DNA from: an uncultured Clostridia bacterium
Lineage (GTDB): Bacteria; Bacillota; Clostridia; TANB77; CAG-508
Length of the DNA: 64,000 bases
NCBI GenBank assembly: GCA_934169775.1
Contig: CAKPOI010000002.1
Location: 12,956-76,955 of the forward strand
Direction of reading: 5' to 3'
In this document: one piece after another, positions 21,268-30,600 of the stretch
How the letters are laid out: each line of letters opens with the position of its first letter
Numbering within the stretch: the stretch's first letter is position 1
Translations under genes and position numbers: made by a program
The notes under the pieces: model-generated
The model's database searches: none
The model's input: the letters and a program-made list of their open reading frames with translations, nothing else
Told to the model about the DNA's origin: nothing

Positions 21268-22384
21268 TCTCTTACAAAAATTACCAGTTATTATTTTGAT
21301 ATATCTGAGGGATTATTTTAAATAATAGTTCCTCAAATTCTTTTGGGTAATTTACATATCTATTCATTTTTCTTTTTGTACTTAATTTTATTATATTTCC
21401 ATTCTTATTTACTTTATCATATCTTGTATCCATTTTTATTATGTTATAGCATATTTTTCTTAATATTGATAAATTTTCTAGTCCATTATCTTTTCTACTC
21501 CTACTTAAATCCTCATAAAAGTACATATCTAATACCCAGTGTAAATTGTTCTCTATTTGCCAGTGTTTCCTTATTATTTTCGCTAATTCTTCTACTTGTA
21601 AGTTTATACTTGAAAAATAATATCTAACACTACTATCATGCACAGTTGTATTATTTATTGCCATTACTATATTTTTTACATGCTTCCACTTTTTGTCCTT
21701 TATCCATTTTACATTTATTGATTTTATATATATTCTTTCTTCTTCTCTACCATGTTTATTTTCTCTTGTTATATATACTTCGAATTTTTCGTTATGTTTA
21801 TTTATATATTCAAAGTATTCTTCTTTTTTCTTCGATTTTATTAATTTTTCAAAATCTTTTTCTATACTATCCTCAAAAAACTCAACTATTTCTTTATGCA
21901 TTCCTTTGTTATTAATTTTTACTGGCAATACAAAATTACCACCTTTTTCTATTATTTTATCCATTATTTTAGTTTGTGTACCTATTGCATCTATTGTAAT
22001 CACACAACCGTCAATATCTAACAAATCCAATAACTCTGATATTGCAGTAATTTCATTTGATTTATCTTCTACTTTTACTTGACCTATTGAAATACCTAAA
22101 TCTGCTAAATATGCACTTACTATATATGGGATATTTCCATTTGTACATTTTTCAGTTGCCCATCTTATTGCTTTTCCATCTATTATTATTTGCTTTCCAG
22201 TTTTATTTTTTATTATTTCATTAATCCAATTCATAAAAATTGCCAAAAATTCTTCTGGGTCTATCAATCTAAATACATTTCTATTAACCTTTCCATTCAA
22301 TATCTCCATCTTTTGTTTTTATGATATTGTATCCAAAAAGTTTTAATTTGTCTTGTGTTTTTTACTGGTAATTTTTGTAAGAGA
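21268..22384. mobile_element. ISAs1-family insertion sequence bounded by perfect 21-bp inverted repeats
   Basis: TCTCTTACAAAAATTACCAGT at 21268-21288 and its exact reverse complement at 22364-22384 enclose the transposase ORF. Confidence 0.75.
21281..22309 (-). CDS. ISAs1-family (H-repeat-associated) DDE transposase
   Basis: IIDGKAIR, ITIDAIGTQTKI and HWQIENNLHWVLDMYFYEDLSRSRKDNGLENLSILRKI are hallmark ISAs1 transposase motifs. Confidence 0.85.
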   Translation of the reverse strand: MEILNGKVNRNVFRLIDPEEFLAIFMNWINEIIKNKTGKQIIIDGKAIRWATEKCTNGNIPYIVSAYLADLGISIGQVKVEDKSNEITAISELLDLLDIDGCVITIDAIGTQTKIMDKIIEKGGNFVLPVKINNKGMHKEIVEFFEDSIEKDFEKLIKSKKKEEYFEYINKHNEKFEVYITRENKHGREEERIYIKSINVKWIKDKKWKHVKNIVMAINNTTVHDSSVRYYFSSINLQVEELAKIIRKHWQIENNLHWVLDMYFYEDLSRSRKDNGLENLSILRKICYNIIKMDTRYDKVNKNGNIIKLSTKRKMNRYVNYPKEFEELLFKIIPQIYQNNNW

Positions 22385-22416
22385 ATTTCTTTACCCTAAA
22401 ATTTTTTATTTCTAAG

Positions 22417-22445
22417 TTGAAAACTCATATTAATTATGTTATACT
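22417..22445 (+). promoter_or_regulatory. Candidate sigma-A promoter (TTGAAA-17 nt-TATACT)
   Basis: TTGAAA at 22417-22422 and TATACT at 22440-22445, 60 nt upstream of the ATG at 22506. RBS GGAGGG at 22496-22501. Confidence 0.4.
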
Positions 22446-22505
22446 AAAAAAAATATTTAAAAACTTTATAATAATTATTATTTTTTAAAGTATATGGAGG
22501 GATAA

Positions 22506-23297
22506 ATGTCAGTTCTTATTATTCAAACAAATAAAAATGCTAACTTAGAACTAAAAGATGATATTATTCGGATAGCTAATTTAATTACTGAGGATTTTTT
22601 AGAAATTCCTTTATTATCTAATGAATCTTTGTCAATTATTAGTACATCTGAAGAATCTAAAGTTTACCAAATTTCAATTAAAGAAGATTATCCTGATTTT
22701 TTATTGCATGGATGTAACAATTTGTCTATTGAAGATTATGGGTTATATTGTGCTAAGCGAAATAATATTGGTAACTTCTTTATATCTACAAAGGATTTTA
22801 TAGAAAATGACTTTGATGGTTTACCAATTGTTATTAAAGATGAAATAATGTTAAATAATCGTAAAGGTGGCTTTTGGATAAATCTTAATCCAGTTTTACA
22901 AAGACTTTATTTAACTGGTAATGAAATTATTACTTTATGTAATAGATTTGATGTACAAAATAGTTCTAGATTGATAAATCTTTCTGAGTACATCTTTATC
23001 TTATTAAAGAATAAAAAAACTTTCAAATATTTTTCTAAAAAAATTCCTGAAAATATGTGGAGAAAGCCACTATTGCAAAAAAGTGTTTTTTTATCTATTA
23101 ATACAATTTATTTAGATAATTGGCCTTTTATTGTTCAAGATTCTAATTCTCCAACTGGTTATTCGCTAGTCTGCTATTCTCAAAGTGATTTTTTTGATTT
23201 TAGTAAACTTTATTATTCTTTTTGTGAGAGGGATAATTTATTTGGTAACTCCCATAAATATATTCCTCAGCTTTATGCAATAGGATATGATTTGTGA
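22506..23297 (+). CDS. Hypothetical protein (263 aa), no recognisable domain
   Basis: Clean ORF with its own promoter, RBS and a downstream terminator. It is the only plus-strand gene in a 42-kb minus-strand block and is adjacent to the IS element. Confidence 0.6.
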   Translation: MSVLIIQTNKNANLELKDDIIRIANLITEDFLEIPLLSNESLSIISTSEESKVYQISIKEDYPDFLLHGCNNLSIEDYGLYCAKRNNIGNFFISTKDFIENDFDGLPIVIKDEIMLNNRKGGFWINLNPVLQRLYLTGNEIITLCNRFDVQNSSRLINLSEYIFILLKNKKTFKYFSKKIPENMWRKPLLQKSVFLSINTIYLDNWPFIVQDSNSPTGYSLVCYSQSDFFDFSKLYYSFCERDNLFGNSHKYIPQLYAIGYDL

Positions 23298-23357
23298 CTT
23301 ACTGACTAGTTTTTACTTCATTTGATTAATTATATTTTTAGTTAATTACTAAATGAA

Positions 23358-23393
23358 ATAGAGAGAGTATAATTTTATTTATATTCTCTCTAT
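23358..23393. terminator. Bidirectional terminator between the orphan ORF and greA
   Basis: ATAGAGAGAGTAT...ATATTCTCTCTAT stem with one mismatch, flanked by A/T runs. Confidence 0.6.
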
Positions 23394-23397
23394 TATT

Positions 23398-23874
23398 CTA
23401 TTTTTTTATTGATAGTATTTTGTATTTCATTATTCCAGCTGGTGCATTTACCTCAACTGTTTGACCTTTTTTAGCTCCTAATAATGCCTCTCCTAGTGGT
23501 GATTCATTTGATATTTTATTTTCTGTAAGGTCTACTTCAGTTGATCCTACTATTGTGTATTCTACTTTTTCATCAAATTCTAAGTCATGTACTTTTACTA
23601 CATTTCCTATTTGTACAGTTTCTGTGTCTATTTCTTTTTCATCAATGATTTTTGCATGTCTTAGTTTATTTTCTAATTCTGCTATTTTTAATTCATTTTC
23701 TGCTTGTGCATTTTTTGCTTCATCATATTCTGAATTTTCTGATAAGTCTCCAAATCCTAGTGCTACTTTTATTCTTTCTGCTATTTCTGCTCTTTTTTCT
23801 GTTTTTAAATAATTTAATTCTTTTTCTAAGTTATCATGTCCTTCTTGTGTAAGGATTACTTCTTTCTCTTCCAT
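23398..23874 (-). CDS. greA: Transcription elongation factor GreA
   Basis: 158 aa. [17 protein letters not shown]...[14 protein letters not shown]...[16 protein letters not shown]. Confidence 0.95.
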   Translation of the reverse strand: MEEKEVILTQEGHDNLEKELNYLKTEKRAEIAERIKVALGFGDLSENSEYDEAKNAQAENELKIAELENKLRHAKIIDEKEIDTETVQIGNVVKVHDLEFDEKVEYTIVGSTEVDLTENKISNESPLGEALLGAKKGQTVEVNAPAGIMKYKILSIKK

Positions 23875-23934
23875 GTGATTACTTCCTTTCTTCTTGTTTT
23901 GTGTTTGTGTAATATTTTTTTACACAAATAAATA

Positions 23935-23990
23935 TGTGGACTTTTGTTATAATCTAATGTAATACTGTCCGCTTTCGTTATATATTAAGA
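23935..23990. repeat. Family-B element, divergent copy
   Basis: GTGGAC...AATACTGTCCGCTTTCGTTATAT has the same GYGGAC/GTCCGC stem architecture as 741-796. Confidence 0.35.
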
Positions 23991-24012
23991 CAGAACTTGG
24001 ATTTTGTCAAGT

Positions 24013-24615
24013 CTATTTTAGTAATTCTTTTCCATTTTTTAGATATTCTATTCCTGAAAATACTGTTGCAATAGTTTGAATTATCATCATTATTGTTACT
24101 GTTAAGTTTAGTATAAAATCAGAACCTTGCAAATATCCTTTAAAACATTCACCAAATGGATATAAGTCTAAAAATGCTAATATTATTGCTATCATTTGAG
24201 TTACTGTTTTTAGTTTTCCCCATTTTGATGCTGCTATTACTTTTCCACCTTTTTCTACTGCTACTAATCTGTAGCCTGATACTATAAATTCTCTTGCTAA
24301 TACTATTATTGGTATCCATGCTGGTATTTTTCCAAATTCTACTAGCATTACCATTGCTGCTAAGACTAATATTTTATCTGCTATTGGATCTAAAAATTTT
24401 CCAAATGTTGTTACTTGTTTTCTGCTTCTTGCTATATATCCATCTAATTTGTCTGTTATTGATGCTATTATAAATATTATGTCTATTATTATGTATGCTA
24501 ATGGTATTCCTAAAATTTCATTTTCTATTTGAAAAAATGGAATTATTACCATTATTGGTACTAATATCATTCTGAATATTGTCAATTTATTTGCTAAGTT
24601 CATATTTTCTTTCAT
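24013..24615 (-). CDS. pgsA: CDP-diacylglycerol--glycerol-3-phosphate 3-phosphatidyltransferase
   Basis: NKLTIFRMILVP...DKLDGYIARSRKQVTTFGKFLDPIADK (CDP-alcohol phosphatidyltransferase motif). Confidence 0.9.
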   Translation of the reverse strand: MKENMNLANKLTIFRMILVPIMVIIPFFQIENEILGIPLAYIIIDIIFIIASITDKLDGYIARSRKQVTTFGKFLDPIADKILVLAAMVMLVEFGKIPAWIPIIVLAREFIVSGYRLVAVEKGGKVIAASKWGKLKTVTQMIAIILAFLDLYPFGECFKGYLQGSDFILNLTVTIMMIIQTIATVFSGIEYLKNGKELLK

Positions 24616-24657
24616 TCCTTTCTAAATGCCTAATTATGTTCTAATCTTAAACTATTA

Positions 24658-25872
24658 TTAATTATTTTGATTTGCTATTTCTTTTGCTTTTTGTAATTGG
24701 GTATCTTTTTCTTCTGGCACATTTATTACACTTTCAACATCACTTGGTAATTCTACTGTTTCATCTGGCTCTATTCCTATTTTGTTTATTTTATTACGAT
24801 TTGGAGTTTGATATTCTTCTACTGTTAGTTTTATTCCACTTCCATCTTTTACACTTAATATTTGTTGTATTACTCCTTTTCCATATGTTTTTGTTCCTAC
24901 AATTTTAGCTTTTCCTAAATCTTTTAATGCTCCTGCTAATATTTCTGATGCACTTGCTGTATTTTCGTTTGTTAATATTATTACTGGTTCTGATATTATT
25001 GGATTATTTTCTGATTTTTTTACTTCTTCATTTCCTTTTTTGTCTACTTCATATAGTAATACTAAATCTTTTTCTGCCATGTAATCTGCTATTTTTAATG
25101 CTTGATCTACTAATCCTCCACCATTATTTCTTAAGTCTATTATTAGTGATTTTATTTTTGATTTTTTTAATTCTTCATATTTTGTTTTAAAATCTTCTGC
25201 TGTTGTTTCATCAAAAGATGTAAATTTTATATATCCTATGTTATTTTCTAGTACTTTTGATTCTACTGGATTTACTTTTATTTTTTCTCTTTTTATTTTA
25301 AATTCTTTTGTTTCTGTTCCTCTTAATATTGTTATTTCTACTTCTGTTCCTTCTTCTCCTTTTATATCGTTTGTCATTGTTGACATTTCACTTGAATTAT
25401 ATGTTTTTCCATTTACACTTACTATTATGTCTCCTGGCTCTATTCCTGCTTTTTCTGCTGGTGAGTCTTTTATTGGTGAAAGTACTTTTACTTTATCTGA
25501 TTTTTTGTCAGCTGTCATGTAAATTCCTATTCCTACATAATTTCCAAGTGTATCTTCCATATATTCTTCCATTTCTTCTTTTGATATGTATTCTGTATAT
25601 GGATCATCTAATCCTTCTATATATCCTTTTATTGCTCCTTCTTTTAATTTTTCTTCATCTACTTCTCCTAAGTAGTATTTGTTTATTATTTCTTTGTATT
25701 TTGCTAAGTTTATTGCTATATCATTACTTGTGCTATCTGCTAATGCTGCTAATTTTCCATCATTTTCTATATATTTATACATCCCTATTGATGTTATTAT
25801 AAATGTAATAAATGCTGTTAATACTATTATCATTATTGTTTTATAAATTTTGTATGTTGTTTGCTTTTTCAC
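24658..25872 (-). CDS. Carboxy-terminal processing protease (S41 family)
   Basis: N-terminal TM segment, PDZ (AEKAGIEPGDIIVSVNG), S41 core (RNNGGG...TASASEILAGALKD...GTKTYGKG). Confidence 0.9.
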   Translation of the reverse strand: MKKQTTYKIYKTIMIIVLTAFITFIITSIGMYKYIENDGKLAALADSTSNDIAINLAKYKEIINKYYLGEVDEEKLKEGAIKGYIEGLDDPYTEYISKEEMEEYMEDTLGNYVGIGIYMTADKKSDKVKVLSPIKDSPAEKAGIEPGDIIVSVNGKTYNSSEMSTMTNDIKGEEGTEVEITILRGTETKEFKIKREKIKVNPVESKVLENNIGYIKFTSFDETTAEDFKTKYEELKKSKIKSLIIDLRNNGGGLVDQALKIADYMAEKDLVLLYEVDKKGNEEVKKSENNPIISEPVIILTNENTASASEILAGALKDLGKAKIVGTKTYGKGVIQQILSVKDGSGIKLTVEEYQTPNRNKINKIGIEPDETVELPSDVESVINVPEEKDTQLQKAKEIANQNN

Positions 25873-26018
25873 TTTTAATCACATTCCTTTCTTAATGCTA
25901 TTATATTATAAAAATTTTGAGACTTTCTTCTGAAAATAAAATATTTTTACTTTGTACTGCGAAACTAAAAATTCTCATATTGTTTCTTATAATATAAAAA
26001 GGGATATTACTTCCCTTT

Positions 26019-27317
26019 TTAGAAATAGTTATTTGGATTTACTCTTGAGTCATCTCCATATTTTGTTGCACTATAGCTGTAGTTATATGGTGATTTTCTT
26101 ACCTCAAAGTGTAAATGTGGACCACTTGAATTTCCCGTACTTCCACTTTTCATTATAACTTGTCCCTGCGATACTATTTGTCCTGGTGATACACTTATAG
26201 AACCTGCTGTTCCATGTCCATATATTGTTTGTAATCCATTAGCATGTTGGATAATTACATGTGTTCCATAACTATATGTTAAATTTCCTACTGATAATAC
26301 TACTCCATCTGCTGCTGCATAGACTGGTGTTCCTGAACTAATTGCATAATCTATAGCTCCATGGAATCTTCCACTTGAATAATATCCATTTGTAGATATT
26401 GAGCCTCCACTTACCGGTCTAATAAATCCATTAGAATTTTGGGTTGTTGAGTTCCCATTATTATTAGTTGTTGAGTTGTTATTATTTGTTCCATTGTTTT
26501 TTTTGCTTGTATTGTTTTTCTTAGCTTCTGCTGCTTTTCTTTTTGCTTCTTCTTGTGCTTTTAATTGTTCTAATTGTTTTTTGTATCTTGCTTGTGCTGC
26601 TGCTATATTTTTTTGTATTTGCATATTGTCTTGTGTTAATTGATCTATTTCTTTTTGTAATTCTTGTTCTTGGCTAGATAGTTGTGATACATATGTAGTT
26701 TTTTCGCTTTTCTTTGCTTCTAGTTGTGTTGATACTTGTTGTTTACTTGCTTTTGCTGTTGTTAGTGTTTGTTTACTATCTTCTATTTCTTTTTTGGCTG
26801 TTTCTATTTCATTTTTTTGCCTATCTATTTCTTTTAATAAATCTAAATCACATTGTGCTATTTCTGAAACTATGTAATAACTTGAAATAAAATCAGTGAG
26901 ACTTTCTGATGACAGTAAAATGTCTAAATATGTTGTATCTCCTGCTTCATATAGAGCTACTATTCTTTCTTCTAGCATTTGCTGTTGACTTTCATATTCT
27001 TTTTGTGCTTTTTCTAATTTGCTATTTGAGTCTTCTATTTTTTGATTTGCATTTGCTATTTGTATGTCTAGATTTGTAATTTCTGTTTGATAGTCTTGTA
27101 TTTGTGAATTGATGTTATCTACTTCTTTTTGAGTTGATTCCTTTTCATTTGTTACTTCTTCTTTTTCAGCTTTTATTTCATCCTGTTTTTTTTCATTTTC
27201 TTGTTGTTGAACCTTTAATTCTTGTTCTTCTGTTGTCACTGCAAATGATGAATTCACACTAAATATTATTATAAATGTTAATATTAGACATACAATTTTT
27301 TGACATATATTTTTCAT
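26019..27317 (-). CDS. Coiled-coil M23 family peptidoglycan metalloendopeptidase (EnvC-like)
   Basis: Signal peptide, long coiled coil, N/T-rich linker. M23 motifs HGAIDY and GPHLHFEV. Confidence 0.85.
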   Translation of the reverse strand: MKNICQKIVCLILTFIIIFSVNSSFAVTTEEQELKVQQQENEKKQDEIKAEKEEVTNEKESTQKEVDNINSQIQDYQTEITNLDIQIANANQKIEDSNSKLEKAQKEYESQQQMLEERIVALYEAGDTTYLDILLSSESLTDFISSYYIVSEIAQCDLDLLKEIDRQKNEIETAKKEIEDSKQTLTTAKASKQQVSTQLEAKKSEKTTYVSQLSSQEQELQKEIDQLTQDNMQIQKNIAAAQARYKKQLEQLKAQEEAKRKAAEAKKNNTSKKNNGTNNNNSTTNNNGNSTTQNSNGFIRPVSGGSISTNGYYSSGRFHGAIDYAISSGTPVYAAADGVVLSVGNLTYSYGTHVIIQHANGLQTIYGHGTAGSISVSPGQIVSQGQVIMKSGSTGNSSGPHLHFEVRKSPYNYSYSATKYGDDSRVNPNNYF

Positions 27318-27395
27318 ATGTTCCTCCTTTTTCCTGACTTTATTTCATGGCTTCATACAGGAATTTGTGTTTGAATAAATATCTTTTATAAATTT

Positions 27396-28640
27396 TTATT
27401 CTTGTTGGTTTGTTTCTTGATTCGTTTTTGTATTTTCTGTAGTTGTATTTTCATTGTTTTGCTCACTTTGTGCTTTGTCTTCTTCTGAATTTGGTACTAT
27501 TCCATTTGTTATATATGGCATTGGATTTGTAACTGTTCCATTTTTTCTTACTTCAAAATGTGCATGTGCTCCTGTTGAATATCCTGTTGATCCTACTTTT
27601 AATACTGCTTGATTTCTTTTTACAGTATCTCCTGCATTTACTAAAAATTCTGAACCATGTGCATATAATGTTGAAATTCCTCCTCCATGGTCTATTACTA
27701 CCATTTTTCCATATGCTATATTATATTCTGCTTTTACTACTACCCCATCATTTGCTGCTACAAAATTTGCTCCCATTGGTGCTGATATATCAACACCTGT
27801 ATGTAATTTGTATATTTTTGTTATTGGATGTGTTCTCATTCCATATGGTGAACTTATTTTGGTATATCCTGGAACTGGCCATGCTAGTTCTCCACCTATA
27901 TATGCTGTGTCTATTTCATTTTTTGCTAATTCTATCAATTGATTATTTACTTCTGCTAATACTTTGTTGTATTCTTCTAATTTTTCTTGTGTTTGTTTTT
28001 CTTGGTCAGATAATTTACTAACATAACTTTCTCTTAATGTTTTTGTTGTTTGTAATACTTTTGATGTTCTTGTTTGTTTTTCTATTATTGTTGCTACTTC
28101 TTTTTTTTCTTTTTCTAGTCTTTCTTTTGTGTTTTCAATTTTGTGTTTTCTTTCTCCAATTTCTTGTAACATTTCTGAATCATAGTCTGCTATTTCTGAT
28201 AATACATAATAGCTTGATATAAAGTCTGTTATACTTGTTGAGTTTAATACTATGTCTAAATATTGTGTATCTCCTGCTTCATATAATGCTACTATTCTTT
28301 GTTCAAATATTTCTTTTTGTTCATCATATTTTTCTTGTTCTGTTTTCTGTTCTTCTTCTAATTGTTGAATTGTTGTTTGTAATATTTGTACTTTTTCTGC
28401 TGTTCCTGCTAATTCTGCTTCTGCTGTTGCTATTTTTTCGTCTAATTTTTGTACTTGTTCTAAATTTTCTGTAATATCCATTTTTAAATCTGATAGTTCG
28501 TCATTTGTTTTATTAATTTGCTCTTGTACTTCTTTTTGCTTGTCCTGTAATTCTGTTGCTTCTACTGCTAATACTGTTGGCATTATTCCACACATTAAGC
28601 AAGTTAATATTATACATAAAATTTTACGCATTTTATTCAT
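27396..28640 (-). CDS. Coiled-coil M23 family peptidoglycan metalloendopeptidase (EnvC-like), paralogue
   Basis: Signal peptide and coiled coil. M23 motifs HTGVDISA and GAHAHFEV. Lies immediately downstream of ftsX. Confidence 0.85.
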   Translation of the reverse strand: MNKMRKILCIILTCLMCGIMPTVLAVEATELQDKQKEVQEQINKTNDELSDLKMDITENLEQVQKLDEKIATAEAELAGTAEKVQILQTTIQQLEEEQKTEQEKYDEQKEIFEQRIVALYEAGDTQYLDIVLNSTSITDFISSYYVLSEIADYDSEMLQEIGERKHKIENTKERLEKEKKEVATIIEKQTRTSKVLQTTKTLRESYVSKLSDQEKQTQEKLEEYNKVLAEVNNQLIELAKNEIDTAYIGGELAWPVPGYTKISSPYGMRTHPITKIYKLHTGVDISAPMGANFVAANDGVVVKAEYNIAYGKMVVIDHGGGISTLYAHGSEFLVNAGDTVKRNQAVLKVGSTGYSTGAHAHFEVRKNGTVTNPMPYITNGIVPNSEEDKAQSEQNNENTTTENTKTNQETNQQE

Positions 28641-28644
28641 TCCT

Positions 28645-29565
28645 TTATACTTTTAAATATTTTCTCATAGATACTACACTTCCTACTGTTCCTATGCCTA
28701 TTCCTAATATTAAGTATACTATTATTATTGATGTCAACATTTCATTTAGTCCTAATAGATTCATTCCCATAACTCTTACAAAGTCTGATGCTGCCATTTT
28801 TGTTGTTATTATGTTGTATGTTCCTCCGACAATTATGATTGATATTATACTTGATATTATTCCTATAACAATACCTTCTACTATAAATGGCCATCTTATA
28901 AAACTATTTGTGGCTCCTACATATTTCATTATTGAGATTTCTTTTCTTCTTGAATGTACTGTTAATTTAATTGTATTTGAGATGATAAATGTTGATATTA
29001 CAATTAATAGTAGTAATATTACTCCTGTTGCTATTCTTATTACTTTTGCTATTGATATTAATTTCATTGCTGTTTCATTGCTATTAGTAATTTTTACAAC
29101 ATTATCTATTTTCTCTACCTCCTCTTGTATTATTTTACTTTTTTCCAAATCTGTAACTTTTACTATGTAAGAGGCTTTTATTTTTTGTACATTGAATCCA
29201 TCTAATACACCTTTTTCATCTTTTAATTTTTCTTTCATTGTGTTTAGTCCTTGCTCTTTTGATACAAAATCAATTGTACTTACTCCATCTATTAGTCTTA
29301 TTTTTTCTTTTACTTCATCCATTTCTTCTTGTGTAGCATCTTCTTTCATAAATGCCTGGAATCCTTGTTGCAATTTTAAATTGTCAACAAAATGGTTTAC
29401 ATTTTCTCCTATTATTAAGAATAGTCCAAATATTATCATTGTTGCACACATAATAATAATAGATGCCATTGTTGATTTTTTATTTTTAAATACATTGCTG
29501 AATCCTTCTCCAATTAAATATCCTAATCTATTATATTTCACAATCATACCCACCTTTTTTATCAT
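28645..29565 (-). CDS. ftsX: Cell division permease FtsX
   Basis: 306 aa with four TM segments, an extracellular loop domain and a C-terminal FtsX-like permease region. Overlaps the ftsE stop. Confidence 0.9.
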   Translation of the reverse strand: MIKKVGMIVKYNRLGYLIGEGFSNVFKNKKSTMASIIIMCATMIIFGLFLIIGENVNHFVDNLKLQQGFQAFMKEDATQEEMDEVKEKIRLIDGVSTIDFVSKEQGLNTMKEKLKDEKGVLDGFNVQKIKASYIVKVTDLEKSKIIQEEVEKIDNVVKITNSNETAMKLISIAKVIRIATGVILLLLIVISTFIISNTIKLTVHSRRKEISIMKYVGATNSFIRWPFIVEGIVIGIISSIISIIIVGGTYNIITTKMAASDFVRVMGMNLLGLNEMLTSIIIVYLILGIGIGTVGSVVSMRKYLKV

Positions 29566-30217
29566 CTCTTACTATTACGCCTTTATTTATATGGATAACT
29601 CTTTTTTTCATTTTATCTACAATATCTTTGGCGTGTGTTGCTACTACTACTGTTGTTCCTCTCATATTTATGTCATTTAATAATTGCATAATATCCCATG
29701 CTGTGTCTGGATCTAAGTTTCCTGTAGGCTCGTCTGCTATTAGCATTGATGGGTTATTTACTAATGCTCTTGCTAATGCTACTCTTTGTTGTTCTCCTCC
29801 TGATAGTTCATTTGGATACATTTTTGCTTTATTGCTTAGTCCTACAAGTGATAATATCATTGGTACTTGCCTTCTTATATGTCTTGGTGTTGCTCTTACT
29901 ATATACATTGCATATGCTACATTGTCATATACTGTTTTATCTGGTAATAGTCTGAAGTCTTGAAATACTACTCCCATACTTCTTCTTAAATATGGTACTC
30001 TGCTTTGTTTTAAAAATGTTGTGTCTTTTCCATTTATTATTATGTTTCCAGATGTTGGTTCTTCTTCTTTTAGTATTAGCTTTATTAGTGTTGATTTTCC
30101 ACTTCCTGATGTTCCTACTAAAAATGCAAATTCGCCTTTATCTATTTTGAAGTTAGCATTTTGTACAGCTTTTGTTCCTGTATCATATGTTTTACTTACA
30201 TTTCTAAATTCTATCAT
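29531..30217 (-). CDS. ftsE: Cell division ATP-binding protein FtsE
   Basis: MIEFRNVSKTY...GTSGSGKST...LSGGEQQRVALARAL. The ATG at 30217 has an AAGGAAG RBS, so the track's upstream start is unlikely. Confidence 0.93.
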   Translation of the reverse strand: MIEFRNVSKTYDTGTKAVQNANFKIDKGEFAFLVGTSGSGKSTLIKLILKEEEPTSGNIIINGKDTTFLKQSRVPYLRRSMGVVFQDFRLLPDKTVYDNVAYAMYIVRATPRHIRRQVPMILSLVGLSNKAKMYPNELSGGEQQRVALARALVNNPSMLIADEPTGNLDPDTAWDIMQLLNDINMRGTTVVVATHAKDIVDKMKKRVIHINKGVIVRDDKKGGYDCEI

Positions 30218-30448
30218 TTCTTTTCTTCCTTTCGGCATAATAATCTTATATTCTTGTCCAATATATCATACCAATAATCATAAGTTTTGGCAATAGTTTT
30301 TAATTAAAAAATCTGTGGAATTTTTTGTATTTTTCCTATCTTTTGGCATGTTTTCTTGTTTTTTCATACTTTTTGAATTTTTTGTGAATTTTTATATAAA
30401 AAGTAATATATGTATATGGTAAAATAATTTTCGAATGTGATTGGAGCA

Positions 30449-30546
30449 AGCTTAGAATTTCTTAAATAAGTTAATAGAAGGCTTCACGTCGAGCGAAGCG
30501 AGGACTAAGATGAAGGAAGCTTTTAACTTATTTTAGAAATTTTTAG
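30449..30546. repeat. About 100-nt imperfect palindromic element with G+C-rich centre
   Basis: Arms AGCTTAGAATTTCTTAAATAAGTTAA... and ...TTAACTTATTTTAGAAATTTTTAG flank CACGTCGAGCGAAGCGAGGAC. Lies between the tkt-C stop and the ftsE upstream region. Confidence 0.5.
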
Positions 30547-30600
30547 TTTGTGTATTGAACCGAGAAAATTATTAAACCATATACATATACTACTTTTTTA

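Noticed and set aside
26019-28640. Tandem M23 peptidase paralogues after ftsEX as something unusual.
   Set aside because: ftsE-ftsX followed by EnvC-like coiled-coil M23 proteins and a Ctp protease is a common Firmicutes arrangement. Both copies keep their catalytic motifs. This is ordinary.
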